A DNA stretch of 64,000 bases from Octopus bimaculoides (taxonomy: Eukaryota). The position numbers were made by a program, and so were the translations under genes. Of the stretch, positions 49,751 to 62,633 are shown in pieces. The notes under the pieces were generated by a model, which saw only the letters and a list, made by a program, of their open reading frames with translations, made no database searches and was not told the DNA's origin. Within the stretch, counting starts at the first letter, position 1, and each line of letters begins with the position of its first letter. Location of the stretch: contig NC_068982.1 in NCBI RefSeq assembly GCF_001194135.2, positions 136,689,008 to 136,753,007 on the forward strand, written 5' to 3'.

Positions 49751-50616
49751 AGTAAAAATATGCAAGTCTTTTCCCAAGATTAAAACGTGACATACTTTTT
49801 TTATNNNNNNNNNNNNNNNNNNNNNNNNNNNNNNNNNNNNNNNNNNNNNNNNNNNNNNNNNNNNNNNNNNNNNNNNNNNNNNNNNNNNNNNNNNNNNNNN
49901 NNNNNNNNNNNNNNNNNNNNNNNNNNNNNNNNNNNNNNNNNNNNNNNNNNNNNNNNNNNNNNNNNNNNNNNNNNNNNNNNNNNNNNNNNNNNNNNNNNNN
50001 NNNNNNNNNNNNNNNNNNNNNNNNNNNNNNNNNNNNNNNNNNNNNNNNNNNNNNNNNNNNNNNNNTATATATATATATATATATATTCGTGTGTGCGGGA
50101 GTGTGTGTACGTGTGTGTCACGAAGAACAAGCATGTATCCCAATTTCCCTGTCTAAAAAGTTTTTTTTCAACGTCACCGTGACGTATCTTTTCTAACCTC
50201 AATGTAATATCTTCTGCATGCAATTAAATTTACTGTTGGATGTCCTCCGACGGCTAAGACACAGACAAAGGCAGCAACGGTGTCTATATTTCTGTCGGGA
50301 AACCGAGTTAATCAGATCAATACAAATGAGAAAGTAGAGTAGAATAAGCTGTGCCATGAAGAGAAGAGAATTGATTTGATAGACAGTATAACAGTGTGCG
50401 AAGATAACATTTTCTCAACTATATATTCTAATCAAAGGTCAAGCAGGACATTTTATCCGAGAACAGTTTTTTTTCTTTCTCTTTTGGAGACACTGACCAC
50501 CTGTAGTCAACTTCAATTCCGAAGCTTTGCTTTGAGTTAGCTAGTATTATACATGTATATATATACATATATATGTGCATATATATATGTATATATATAT
50601 ATATGTATATATATGC

Positions 50617-50662
<46 letters not shown>

Positions 50663-52213
50663 NNNNNNNNNNNNNNNNNNNNNNNNNNNNNNNNNNNNNN
50701 NNNNNNNNNNNNNNNNNNNNNNNNNNNNNNNNNNNNNNNNNNNNNNNNNNNNNNNNNNNNNNNNNNNNNNNNNNNNNNNNNNNNNNNNNNNNNNNNNNNN
50801 NNNNNNNNNNNNNNNNNNNNNNNNNNNNNNNNNNNNNNNNNNNNNNNNNNNNNNNNNNNNNNNNNNNNNNNNNNNNNNNNNNNNNNNNNNNNNNNNNNNN
50901 NNNNNNNNNNNNNNNNNNNNNNNNNNNNNNNNNNNNNNNNNNNNNNNNNNNNNNNNNNNNNNNNNNNNNNNNNNNNNNNNNNNNNNNNNNNNNNNNNNNN
51001 NNNNNNNNNNNNNNNNNNNNNNNNNNNNNNNNNNNNNNNNNNNNNNNNNNNNNNNNNNNNNNNNNNNNNNNNNNNNNNNNNNNNNNNNNNNNNNNNNNNN
51101 NNNNNNNNNNNNNNNNNNNNNNNNNNNNNNNNNNNNNNNNNNNNNNNNNNNNNNNNNNNNNNNNNNNNNNNNNNNNNNNNNNNNNNNNNNNNNNNNNNNN
51201 NNNNNNNNNNNNNNNNNNNNNNNNNNNNNNNNNNNNNNNNNNNNNNNNNNNNNNNNNNNNNNNNNNNNNNNGCGATCGTCGTCGGTGTTGTCATCGTTGA
51301 TAACCAGTTAGTCGCAACATCTTTTTCCAAAGGCTTGAAGATAGCTGAAGGGAATGATGCATCTCTTCTGACTACAGTTTTCTGATTCATATTGTCAAAG
51401 TTGTGAATATACTAAACCAAAAAAGAAACAAAAAACAAAATAAAAAACATTAAAAATCCTAAAGGGCGGAAGCAGGTTCTTTTTCTTTATCTTTCTTTTT
51501 GTTTTTGTTTTTTATTTGCAGTTTTGAATGTGTCTGGAGTTCTTTGAGGCGAACAGTGACAGCAAGCTAAAGAGCTTCATTAGGTCTGACGTTTGTCTGT
51601 CTCTCAGTAAATATTTTGTTATATAGAGCATAATACAGCAAGATGACTACAAATAGCTTTCAGTAATGTAAACAGCATTGTGTTATCGAGAGTTCTTTTA
51701 AAAAGGAAAAACAAAAGAGAAAAAGAAATATTCATTAAAATCTGACTTAGGATATGATGTGCCAGCAAACAGATATCATTCTCTACATGTGTATATTTTT
51801 GTGTTGATGTACATATCTGTGAGCTGTTTAGTCTGTATGTCTGGTGCTTCACTGTGTACATTTACGAGGCTTTCAAAGTTTCTGCGTACTTGAATATGTG
51901 TGGCTAAAAGCATGTAAATGACAGAGTTCACGTTACATTCACACGTGGGCAGTATCATAAGATGCGTTGTCATACTGAGAGTTCGTGTATGCGTATATCT
52001 ATAAGTGCATGTTTGATGTGTTTACTCTTCAGTATGATTGTGTGTTTCCTTTGTCAACCATGTATAGCAGCGTTGTGTATTTAGCATCGGCACTAAGTAC
52101 TAGATACCCCACGCTATCACCTAGAACACTAAATTCTGGGCAGTGCTCCTACCTCTTAATAACTGAGACGAAATTATTTGATCCTACTAAAAACATAATA
52201 ATGAAAACTTAGT

Positions 52214-52217
<4 letters not shown>

Positions 52218-52265
<48 letters not shown>

Positions 52266-52275
52266 NNNNNNNNNN

Positions 52276-52322
<47 letters not shown>
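52218..52322. repeat. (GA)n microsatellite with internal gap
   Basis: Direct reading. Confidence 0.95.
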
Positions 52323-53726
52323 AGGTGATGTGAAACCAGGATCAAGGAGGATAGGTGACGGGGACAAGTAACCTGTAGGGTCCCGTGGTGTTAGGACTTA
52401 TCACTTCTTCAAATTTTGCCAGTATATAGATATAATTACTGAGCTACATGATCATAGGACTATAGATTGCTTAAATGTAAGTTAACTTTAATCTGGACGG
52501 GTACATTTTTCAGATGATGTAAAAGAGTGTAATGGCTACAGACAGTTGTATGAAATAATTAGAAAAATGGTGTACAGCGTAGGGCTGGGAGAAGGAGTGG
52601 CACATGTTAGGGCTGAGGGAGGGATACAAATTGTAGGGCTGTTTGAAAGGATGCACATTGCTGTAGGTCTGCAAGTGGTGGCAGGTGGTGTGGCTGGCCA
52701 AAATTGATGCACGTTTTGGGTCTGAAAGAATGGATGCAATTATAATGCCGGGAGAATAGGTGGCACATATTATAGGGTTGCCTTAGGGTACTGAATACTC
52801 TAGCGCAAGCTTTGTGTGAGTGTGCGTATTTGTTGTACGTATATGCTGTGAAACTCTTCTAGGTTTATTTGCGTATGTGTATGTGTATGCGCTTGTCTGT
52901 ATCGCCGCTGGAATGTAGCTTTTTCACTACTCCAGGTCAGACCTGATTTAGCATACGTATGGCCAATAATGTTCCATCCATGAAAATCTCATTTCTTTTT
53001 TCCGATTACATTTTCATCTGGGGAAGATTCGACTTCTATTTCTAGCATGTTAAGTGAACCCACACAGACGGCCACCTTGTCTGTACTTGTAGATATTTAC
53101 GCTGTTTTACGTAATTTGAGCGTGTGTGAATTTGTATCTTTTAAAACGTTCAACTTCCTAGTGTATCTATGTAAGCGTGCGTGTGTGTTTGTGTGTGCCT
53201 ATTTGTCTGCGTGTGTGTCTGCGTCTGTGTGTGTGTGTATGCACTCATGTGAGTCATTATGTGTGCGTTACATCGATGTAGTGGTCATTAGAGAAATAGG
53301 ATGTTTCCTTCAAAAGTATCGTCACAAACTGTCGGTGCAATCAAAACAATTGTAAACTAATAGATTTCATACTTCACACTGTACAGTTTCTATACGATTA
53401 TTTTTTTACAACATACAGTCTACATACAGTTTATATATATTCCATATATATATATATACTTTAAAATATAGATTCAAAACATTGGTCAAATATATATCTC
53501 AACTAAAATAAACTTATTATTTCTGTGATATGGGGTGGGAAACGTAATTCTGCTTCCCCATGGGTTCTTTCATAACGTCGATACTTTCCAGCCAGGATAT
53601 ATCTGTAGGAGCCCTACCGGTCTAACTTCTAACCAGAACATAACGGAAAATTCCTTCCATTGACGCAGCCACCACATCCATCCCAAGTGACAGCCCCACT
53701 CATATTGTATCCTTCGCTTCTCTTCT

Positions 53727-53740
53727 TCACGTGACGTCAC
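53727..53740. promoter_or_regulatory. Overlapping E-box and full CRE motif
   Basis: TCACGTGACGTCAC contains CACGTG and TGACGTCA; no gene can be linked from sequence alone. Confidence 0.25.
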
Positions 53741-54697
53741 TGACCTTATACTCCGGGCGTGCCTCAGTCCCACAGTCGCGTTGTCTAGTTTAAAACTTTA
53801 CTCTTTCGTATTAAAATTGATAAGATAAAACTGACTGAAATTATTGTATAATTAAAACTGAAATGAGCTTTGGGAAATATCTCGAACTATGTCAGTGGCG
53901 TGAATGTAATTAATTAATAAAATAATGAAGTACAAAATGCCGTCCGCAAAACAAATAAAATGCTTAATTCAAAATATTTAGTTATAGAAAGGAAAGCATA
54001 CAAAGATATGGCGGCAATTGTTAGCAACAACCAAACGAGAAAAGGGAGATGATTTACAGAAATGAAAGATTGATTTGTCAAAGTTTCCATGACTGAATAA
54101 TCTGGAACTCGTTTTTAAACAGGGGTCAACATGAAACGCTACCCTGCTATGTAAGAAGACAAACAATCAAATGCCACGCATTGATTTTTTTTTTTTTTTT
54201 TNNNNNNNNNNNNNNNNNNNNNNNNNNNNNNNNNNNNNNNNNNNNNNNNNNNNNNNNNNNNNNNNNNNNNNNNNNNNNNNNNNNNNNNNNNNNNNNNNNN
54301 NNNNNNNNNNNNNNNNNNNNNNNNNNNNNNNNNNNNNNNNNNNNNNNNNNNNNNNNNNNNNNNNNNNNNNNNNNNNNNNNNNNNNNNNNNNNNNNNNNNN
54401 NNNNNNNNNNNNNNNNNNNNNNNNNNNNNNNNNNNNNNNNNNNNNNNNNNNNNNNNNNNNNNNNNNNNNNNNNNNNNNNNNNNNNNNNNNNNNNNNNNNN
54501 NNNNNNNNNNNNNNNNNNNNNNNNNNNNNNNNNNNNNNNNNNNNNNNNNNNNNNNNNNNNNNNNNNNNNNNNNNNNNNNNNNNNNNNNNNNNNNNNNNNN
54601 NNNNNNNNNNNNNNNNNNNNNNNNNNNNNNNNNNNNNNNNNNNNNNNNNNNNNNNNNNNNNNNNNNNNNNNNNNNNNNNNNNNNNNNNNNNNNNNNA

Positions 54698-54793
54698 GAT
54701 GGAAAGAGAGAGATAGAAAGAGAGAAACATGAAAAATATGTAAATAAACCCTAGATAGCTAGATGAGCAGATAGATTGATCGATCGATCGATG

Positions 54794-54846
<53 letters not shown>

Positions 54847-55949
54847 GAAAGAAAGGCACACGAGTCCTGAGGCTAAAGAAACGTCTTTTCCTTGCAGCAG
54901 AAATAAAGTCGATATTCTTCATAATTTTACCGAGTGCCTCTAATTAATGTTTGTTTTTATATATAACTATACCCCAAACCATATTACATGTGTGTGTGTG
55001 TGCCTGTACACACACACACACAGACACATACACACACACGCATATATTTATATATATATATATATATATGCATGTATGTATTTATGTAGACTCGTATGTT
55101 AGAATGAATACCTATATGTATATAAGCGTACTTTCCTCTCAGTCATCAGTAATTGAGCCATTAGATATAAAATTCCGTTCATAAAAATCGCTTTTCTAAA
55201 TAACACTGTAATACGATCCAATCAAATTATGCACCATGCAGAGATTGCTGGAATAGATGACTTTTAATTAATATTTATAGCAATGCACGAAAGCCTACTA
55301 TAATGAATTTATTTATGGAAAAACTGCACACCAATAATTCATATAGAATTGCAAATAACTAACGTTCTCGACACAAATTATATTGCATATAGCAAACGTA
55401 CTCCGGTATATAAAATAAATGAAAATACTAACAGGATTGTTAGGAAGCATTACATGAAGTATAACTTTACTTACCAAAGAGATGAAAGAGCTCAAAGCTT
55501 GGTCATTAAACGGAATTCATCAAGCATGATAACAATCAGAAATTCGAAACCTCATATAATATTGCAGCGCCAAGCTTTAAAAAGATTACATATTGCTGTA
55601 TTTAATGGCATAAAAATCGCATGGGCATATCAGATGCACCTCAATTTCCGAAGCGCATATTCAGGAAAGCGATGTTTTTAGTGCATTAAAGTGTGTAATA
55701 TTTAATGTGAACTTCGCATATTTGTCCCGGGGTATTTTTGTTTTGACATCTTTTTTTTTTCAAGTGAATTTTTATATTTTTAGATGCCATCTAATACGGT
55801 ATAAATTAGTGAAATTAATTTTACTACTCTCACAACACACATAGCTGTGAATAGGTAAAACGATGTGCAAATATATTTAGGGCATTTGATCGATCTCTAT
55901 TTTGCCAAGCTACTATCGCAACAGATTTTATGCATACTAAGGCAATCCA

Positions 55950-55980
<31 letters not shown>

Positions 55981-56200
55981 NNNNNNNNNNATATATATAT
56001 ATATATACATATATATATATGTATGTATGTATGTACGTATGTATATATATATGTCTGCATGTGTGTGTATGTGTGTGTGTGCATTTATTTTTTTATTTTA
56101 TCTACTTTCAGCTCACGAGCTGTGGCCATACTGGGGCGCCGCCATTTTATGTTAATATAATAAATAGAGATATGATTTTCTTCGTACATATTGGTTGTTA

Positions 56201-56234
<34 letters not shown>

Positions 56235-56304
56235 AAGTGAGATGGAAGAGAAAGAGAGAGAGAGAAAGAGAAACATATGAAGAATATGTAAATAGACCCT
56301 AGAG

Positions 56305-56370
<66 letters not shown>

Positions 56371-56873
56371 GTAAACAGGTAAGAAGGAAGGAAATGCACA
56401 GTAGTCCTGAGGCTAAAGAAGCGTCTTTTCTTTGCAGCAGAAATAAAAGCGATATTCTTCATAAATTTACCGAGTTCCTCTAATTAATGTTTGTTTATAT
56501 ATATAGCTATTTCCCATCCCAAATTCCATGTGTGTGTGTTCCTGTACACACACAAGCACACACACACACAGACACTTACACACGCATATAAAATTTATTT
56601 TTAAAAAAATATGTCAAAATAAAAATACCCCGGGGCAAATATGCGAAGTTTACATTAAATATTACGCACTTTAATGCACTAAGACCTCTCTTTCCTGAAT
56701 ATGAGCTGCGGAAAATGGGGTGCATCTGATATGCCCATTCGATTTTTATGCCATTGAATATAGCAATATGTAAGTTTTTGAAAGCTGGTGCTGCAATATT
56801 ATATGAGGTTTCGAATTTCTGATTGTTATCATGCTTGATGAATTACGTTTAACGACCAAACTTTGAGCTCTTT
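54698..56873. repeat. Local duplication: direct pair 54698-55040 / 56238-56590 and inverted pair 55485-55749 / 56611-56873
   Basis: Shared GTCCTGAGGCTAAAGAA..TTGCAGCAGAAATAAA..CCTCTAATTAATGTTTG; inverted arms bounded by AAAGAGCTCAAAG / CTTTGAGCTCTTT. Confidence 0.9.
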
Positions 56874-57755
56874 AGAAGATCCATCATTAGAAGATCCATC
56901 CCCCTCTGCAGTTCATATAAATTAATTTGATATGTCAAAGATTGAGAAAAATCCCAACAATAAACTGATCAATCTGATGTACTCATTTGACCTTTCAAAA
57001 TGAAACAACATTAAATAATATAAACATTTTTTGACATCATGGGGAATTCTTTTATTCAATATTTGTCGAAAATTGGCCACGAACAAACCAATACACTAAT
57101 GAGGCATAATTATAAAATACATGAAATACACTTGTTGCTCCTGGACTATGATTTTCACTCCTTCCTTTCATCGGGCATTAAAAATACAATAGAAAAATCA
57201 CGAAAAGCCTTAGGGTACAATTAAATCTCTGATGCGCGTGTTTAAGCCCCTCATTTGAACAGAAAAATCAGTTTAATGAAGAACAGCAGTCTTCAGCTGT
57301 GACCCTCAAGCATACTTCCGGAGGCTCTCAACGGCCTCCTCTTTCTTAATATTATTAATTTTTTACATTCATTTGCTTATGCTTTACTTTTTTTTATTTT
57401 TTGATGCAGCTCCCTAACAAAATCTAGGTTTTCTATCTGACCTGGATATTAAAAAGGTTGAAACCTACTAATCAAGAACATCTGATAAATTTCCACATTC
57501 CGTAACGTGAGCGAAATAACACTTGTTAAGTAGTGTCACACAGATCAATCCCTTTTTCTTTTATCTCCGCCTTCAAATAGTTTGGAACGATTCGTTTCAT
57601 TGTCATTACAGAACCACACTTTTACATCTTCTAATTATAACTGAGATCCAGGCTGCTACATTCGCCCACCAGATTACACACAAACCGAGTACGGATACAT
57701 GATAGACGTTATGGCACGCCCTGTATTGAATTATCTGCTGTTAAAGCGTTTACGT

Positions 57756-58137
57756 GGAGGCGCAATGGCCCAGTGGTTAGAGCAGCGGACTCGCGGTCGT
57801 ACGATCGCGGTGTCGATTCCCAGACCGGGCTTGTGAGTGTTTATTGAGCTAAAACACCTAAAACTCCACGAGGCATCTGCCAGGGGATGGTGGCGAACCC
57901 TGCTGTACTCTTTCACCAAAACTTTCTCTCACTCTTACTTCCTGTTTCTGTTGTACCTGTAATTCAAAGGGTCAGCCTTGTCACATGTGTCACGCTGAAT
58001 ATCCCCGTTATTGAGGGTACACGTGTCTGTGGACTGCTCACCCACTTGCAGGTTAATTTCACGAGCAGGCTGTTCCGTTGATCGGATCAACTGGAGCCCT
58101 CGATGTCGTAAGCGACACAGTGCCAACAACAACAACA
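57756..58137 (+). mobile_element. SINE family B, full length
   Basis: Head and (AAC)n tail as at 42172; degenerate TSD taaagcgtttacgt / taaaatgtttacac. Confidence 0.95.
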
Positions 58138-58169
58138 TAAAATGTTTACACAGTTTTTTCGACAATCTT

Positions 58170-58242
<73 letters not shown>

Positions 58243-58259
58243 ATATAAATATATATATA

Positions 58260-58785
58260 GGCGCAGGAGTCGCTGCATGGTAAGAAGCTTGTTATCCGAG
58301 GACTTGTTGGTCGGTGGGCGCTGATATCCCTCTCATCTTATCATTATGTTTTCATTTCATCTCATTTTGTCTACGTTCAGCCCACTAGCTTCTAACTTTG
58401 TACTGCCTTTGTGGCAAATTTTATGAAATAAAGAATCTTGCTGACCAAACACATGGTCCTGGGTTCAGTCCTACTGCGTGGCATCTTGGCCAAGTGTCTT
58501 CGGGCCGACCAAAGCATTGTGAGTGGATTTGGTCTACGGAAACTGAAAGAAGCCCATCGTATATATATATGTAAGGGGTGTGTGTGTATGTTTGTTTGTC
58601 TGTATTTGTCCCTCCATCATCGCTTGACAACGTATGTTGGTGTGCTTACGTCCCAGTAACGTAGCGGTTCGATAGAATAAGTACTAGGTTTACAAAGAAT
58701 AAGTCCCGGGGTCAATTTGTTCGACTAAAGGCGGTGCTCCAGCATGGCCGCAATCACATGGCTGAAACAAGTAAAAGAGTAAAAT
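58260..58785 (+). mobile_element. SINE family A copy split by a 135-bp insertion
   Basis: Head GGCGCAGGAGTCGCTGCATGGTAAGAAGCTTG; resumes GAATCTTGCTGACCAAACACATGG at 58433. Confidence 0.9.
58298..58432 (+). mobile_element. 5'-truncated relative of the 4027-6278 element
   Basis: 3' end GTACTGCCTTTGTGGCAAATTTTATGAAATAAA versus GTACTGCCTTTATGGCAAATTGAAATGAAATAAA; degenerate 14-bp TSD gaagcttgttatcc (58284-58297) / gaatcttgctgacc (58433-58446). Confidence 0.85.
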
Positions 58786-59041
58786 ACCACATGGAAGAAG
58801 CGGACCTGATTTTACCCCTCGATCAGTGTTACTCAGTGACGAGAATAGAGTGATCATTTACAAAGTTTTAAATCACTGTGATATGGGTATGTCCTATTTA
58901 CATTTTCCATTCCTTTCGTCTATGGCACGGGAGTTTTAAGATTTTACTGCTCATTCCCCTGATTTCGCCCTTGTGTACAAGTGAAAACTGTGGTTTTTAG
59001 CTGTTTTGACTGCTATTTTTAGCATACTGTTGCTACAGTAT

Positions 59042-59420
59042 AATGTGTGGTAAGTAGCTTGCTTATAAACCACATGGTTTCAGGTTCAGTTCCGATGTGT
59101 GGCACCTTGGGCAAGTGTCTTCTACTATAGCCTCGGGCCGACCTAAGTCATGTGAGTGGATTTGGTAGATGGAAACTGAAATAACCCCATCGAATATATA
59201 TATGTGTGTGTTTGGAAATGTGTGTGTGTCTATGCTTGTGCCCCCACCATCGCTTGACAACCGATGCTGGTGTGTTTACGTCGCCGTACATTAGCAGTTC
59301 GGCAAAAGAACCGATAGAATAAGTGCTAGGCTTACAAAGAATAAGTCCTGAGGTCGATTTGTTCGACTAAAGGCGGTGCACCGGCATGGCCGCAGTTAAA
59401 TGACTGAAACAAATAAAAAA
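59042..59420 (+). mobile_element. SINE family A, near full length
   Basis: TGTGTGGTAAGTAGCTTGCTTATAAACC.. to ATGACTGAAACAAATAAAA. Confidence 0.9.
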
Positions 59421-60224
59421 AACTATATATATATGTGTGTGGGTGGGTGTATGTATGTACGTATGTATGTATATGTATATCAGTGGTTCAGTCAAGAGAA
59501 AAGGCTCTGCCCATTACATATGCAGCCTCGGAAAACATGGATGCTGTTTCTTTGAATGTACGTGTGTGCGTATATGAGTGAGTGTTTGCGTGTGTGAGTG
59601 TATGTGTGTGGGAGTGAGTTTTTGTGTGTGCGTGCATGTGTGTGTGTGTACGTGTATGTGCGTTTGTGTATGTGTGTGTGTGCGTGTGTGAATGTGTGTG
59701 CCTGCAGAATACTTTGCGTTTAAATACTTACCGGATAATTGAATAATTTGGTTATTTGATACGATAAAGTTAATTTTGTTTATTTGCTCAAACTATTGTT
59801 CGAAATTTAAGTAAAAGAAAAAAATAACAGTCAAAATATAATATAGAATAATAAAAACCAATTTGATACAAATTAAGAAATCCTGAAATTTCCAATTTCA
59901 TGAAGAAGTTAACTAGTTTACAAACAAGCGACGTCAAAAGAAGCAAATGAATTAAAACCATTCTTACGATTTCAATGAATTGAAAATATCGTATTTCAGA
60001 TTCTAGTGGAATATTATCCTATTTTTAATTGACGTTAACAAATGATTCGATTGAATGAAACAAATTTATAAAGCTATAGTTTTTCACCAAAAGTTTCAAC
60101 TGCGAAAGAACATTTGTTTTCGTGAACACCACTTGCATTTATACTACCGTCTCCAACATCACCGCAGTCGACATTAGCATCGATAACCAACAAATAGGCA
60201 TTGAATCGGTGAATCAGTACCAAA

Positions 60225-60442
60225 ATATTCTTGTCTATTCTAAGTACAAGGCCCGGAGTTTTGGGGGAGGGGCCAGTCGATTAGATCGACCCCAGTACGC
60301 AACTAGTACTTAATTTATCGACCCCGAAAGGATCAAAGGCAAAATCGACCTCGGCGGAATTTGAACTCAGAACATAAAGACAGACGAAATGCTGCTAAGT
60401 ATTTCAACCGACGTGCTAACGTTTCTGCCAGCTCGCCTCCTT
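60225..60442 (-). mobile_element. SINE family C, full length
   Basis: Reverse complement of GGAGGCGAGCTGGCAGAAACGTTAGCACG..GGTCGATTTTGCCTTTGATCCTTTCGGGGTCGATAAATTAAGTAC. Confidence 0.9.
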
Positions 60443-60479
60443 ATCACTACCAAAATATTGATTCTGTCATGAACAAAGT

Positions 60480-60670
60480 CATGATCGTAAGATTGTGGTT
60501 TCTATCCCTGGACCGAGCGATGCCATTGTGTTTTTGAGCAAAACACTTCATTTCAAGTTGCTCCAGTTCATTCAGTTGGTAAAAAAAAGAGTAACCCTGT
60601 GATGTTCTGGCGTCCCATCCAGAGAGGAATATATACCTCAGAGAAACCAGGAAGCTGGCCCTATGTTCCT
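60480..60670 (+). mobile_element. SINE family D (CORE-like), decayed
   Basis: ATTGTGTTTTTGAGCAAAACACTTCATTTCAAGTTGCTCCAGTTCATTCAG..GTCCCATCCAG..GAAACCAGGAAGCTGGCCCTATG. Confidence 0.7.
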
Positions 60671-60949
60671 TACGGAGAAATGTGGACTAACCATGAACTA
60701 TATTACACACTTTAGGCAGAAAACGCACCTATCGGAAGTGACAGAGAGTAAAAGAGAGATCAGATACTGAAAGATTAAGGAAGGAGCGAAATTGATAACT
60801 TTATCTTAACCAGTTTGACTTATTTGTTAACTGTTAACTGGGATGCAGAAATATTCTAAACTTTCATAAAGAATCGATATGCAGTGTAGGTTATAATTCA
60901 AACAGTTGTAATATCGATACATATGAATAACAGCAACTATATATATATA

Positions 60950-61145
60950 TCGCCATGATAGATCACTGACCACTACACACATTTTTTTCTCTCCTTGTTT
61001 CTTTCCGTGTCCCTTTCCGCGGAAGAGCGTAGGCTCGAAACGTTAAAGACGTTCTCAATTCCCGAGCGTTATACTAATACTTCTATTTGTTTTCAACACC
61101 ACCTGTCGTCGTCTGTTGTTTTGTTTTGTGAATTCTCCCTATATA
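60950..61145 (+). mobile_element. Penelope-like short repeat with mutated hammerhead core
   Basis: CCGCGGA-A-GAGC-GTAG-GCTC-GAAAC-GTT at 61017-61044. Confidence 0.5.
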
Positions 61146-61424
61146 TNNNNNNNNNNTATATATATTAAATATATATTTTTTTATAAAACAAAATTTTATA
61201 AATTATATAGTATCTGTTAACAGTCTTAGCAAAAACCTCACAGGTGAGTTTTTGTATATAAGTATGTATATATATATATATATCTTAAAAAATAGAGCCC
61301 AAAATCGATGCATTGAAGATACTTTATTGCAGCAACAATTATAATAGCAGTAACAACAACAATAAGCCAAACCTATGCACATTTCAATAGAGTATCCAGG
61401 ATAAATAAACCACATCATAAAATG

Positions 61425-62012
61425 TCTCATTAAATATTATAACATATTATAACACATTACAAATTATAAATTATAAATTATAAATTGCCGGATACTCCAT
61501 CTCTTCAGGGTCGCAATTATTATTGCCATCACCAAACACTACTATTATTAGCAAAACACATACATCAAAGCGAGTGAAAGGATAATCGAAGGTACACAAC
61601 CCTCCATCGTTATTTTCCCTCAGAATGTAAACAAACAAATCAAATCAAGTCCAGCGACGTACACCGACGGTTTACAGCGTAAAAATCCCCTGCCAAAAAT
61701 TTTACCCCATATACATCAAGATTTCCTAATGGATCTTTCTATAACCATAATATACTAATTATACCCACCCGTACACACACACACACACACACACAAACAC
61801 CCCACACACACGCACACATACACATATATATCTATACATACATACACACACATATATCCATATATATTTTTATATATACATATACACACAAACATATATA
61901 TACATACACATATACATGCACATACATATACACACACACATTATATACACACATATATATATATATATACACACATACACATACATATACATATACATAC
62001 ATACACACACAA

Positions 62013-62043
<31 letters not shown>

Positions 62044-62633
62044 CACACACATATATACACACACAAATTCTCACATGCCTCCACATGTATACATACACAC
62101 ATACACATATACACTCATATATTTGCGCAACAGACCTAATTCCAGTAAAATATATAGAAATAAATATACCTATTCCTAAAATGCGCACTTGTGTCTATAT
62201 ACATTCCGGTAAATTATATAAATATTCCTATNNNNNNNNNNNNNNNNNNNNNNNNNNNNNNNNNNNNNNNNNNNNNNNNNNNNNNNNNNNNNNNNNNNNN
62301 NNNNNNNNNNNNNNNNNNNNNNNNNNNNNNNNNNNNNNNNNNNNNNNNNNNNNNNNNNNNNNNNNNNNNNNNNNNNNNNNNNNNNNNNNNNNNNNNNNNN
62401 NNNNNNNNNNNNNNNNNNNNNNNNNNNNNNNNNNNNNNNNNNNNNNNNNNNNNNNNNNNNNNNNTATAAAATGCAAACGTATGCCTATACATATGCAGAC
62501 ATCTATAAGATTTAAACGTAATTTTATTAACTAGGTGACCCTTGGGAAAAAAAGTATGGAAAATAATTTATAATTTATAATTTATAATTTGTAATTTGTA
62601 ATGTGTTATAATATGTTATAATATTTTATGAGA
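61425..62633. repeat. Near-identical inverted arms 61425-61486 and 62565-62633
   Basis: tctcat(t/a)aaatattataacatattataacacattacaaatt(ataaatt)n in both orientations. Confidence 0.85.
61775..62120. repeat. Degenerate (CA)/(TA) microsatellite field
   Basis: Direct reading. Confidence 0.9.

Noticed and set aside
53978-54166. Acceptor-like site followed by a short open frame
   Set aside because: Donor is weak and the peptide is unrecognised; insufficient support.
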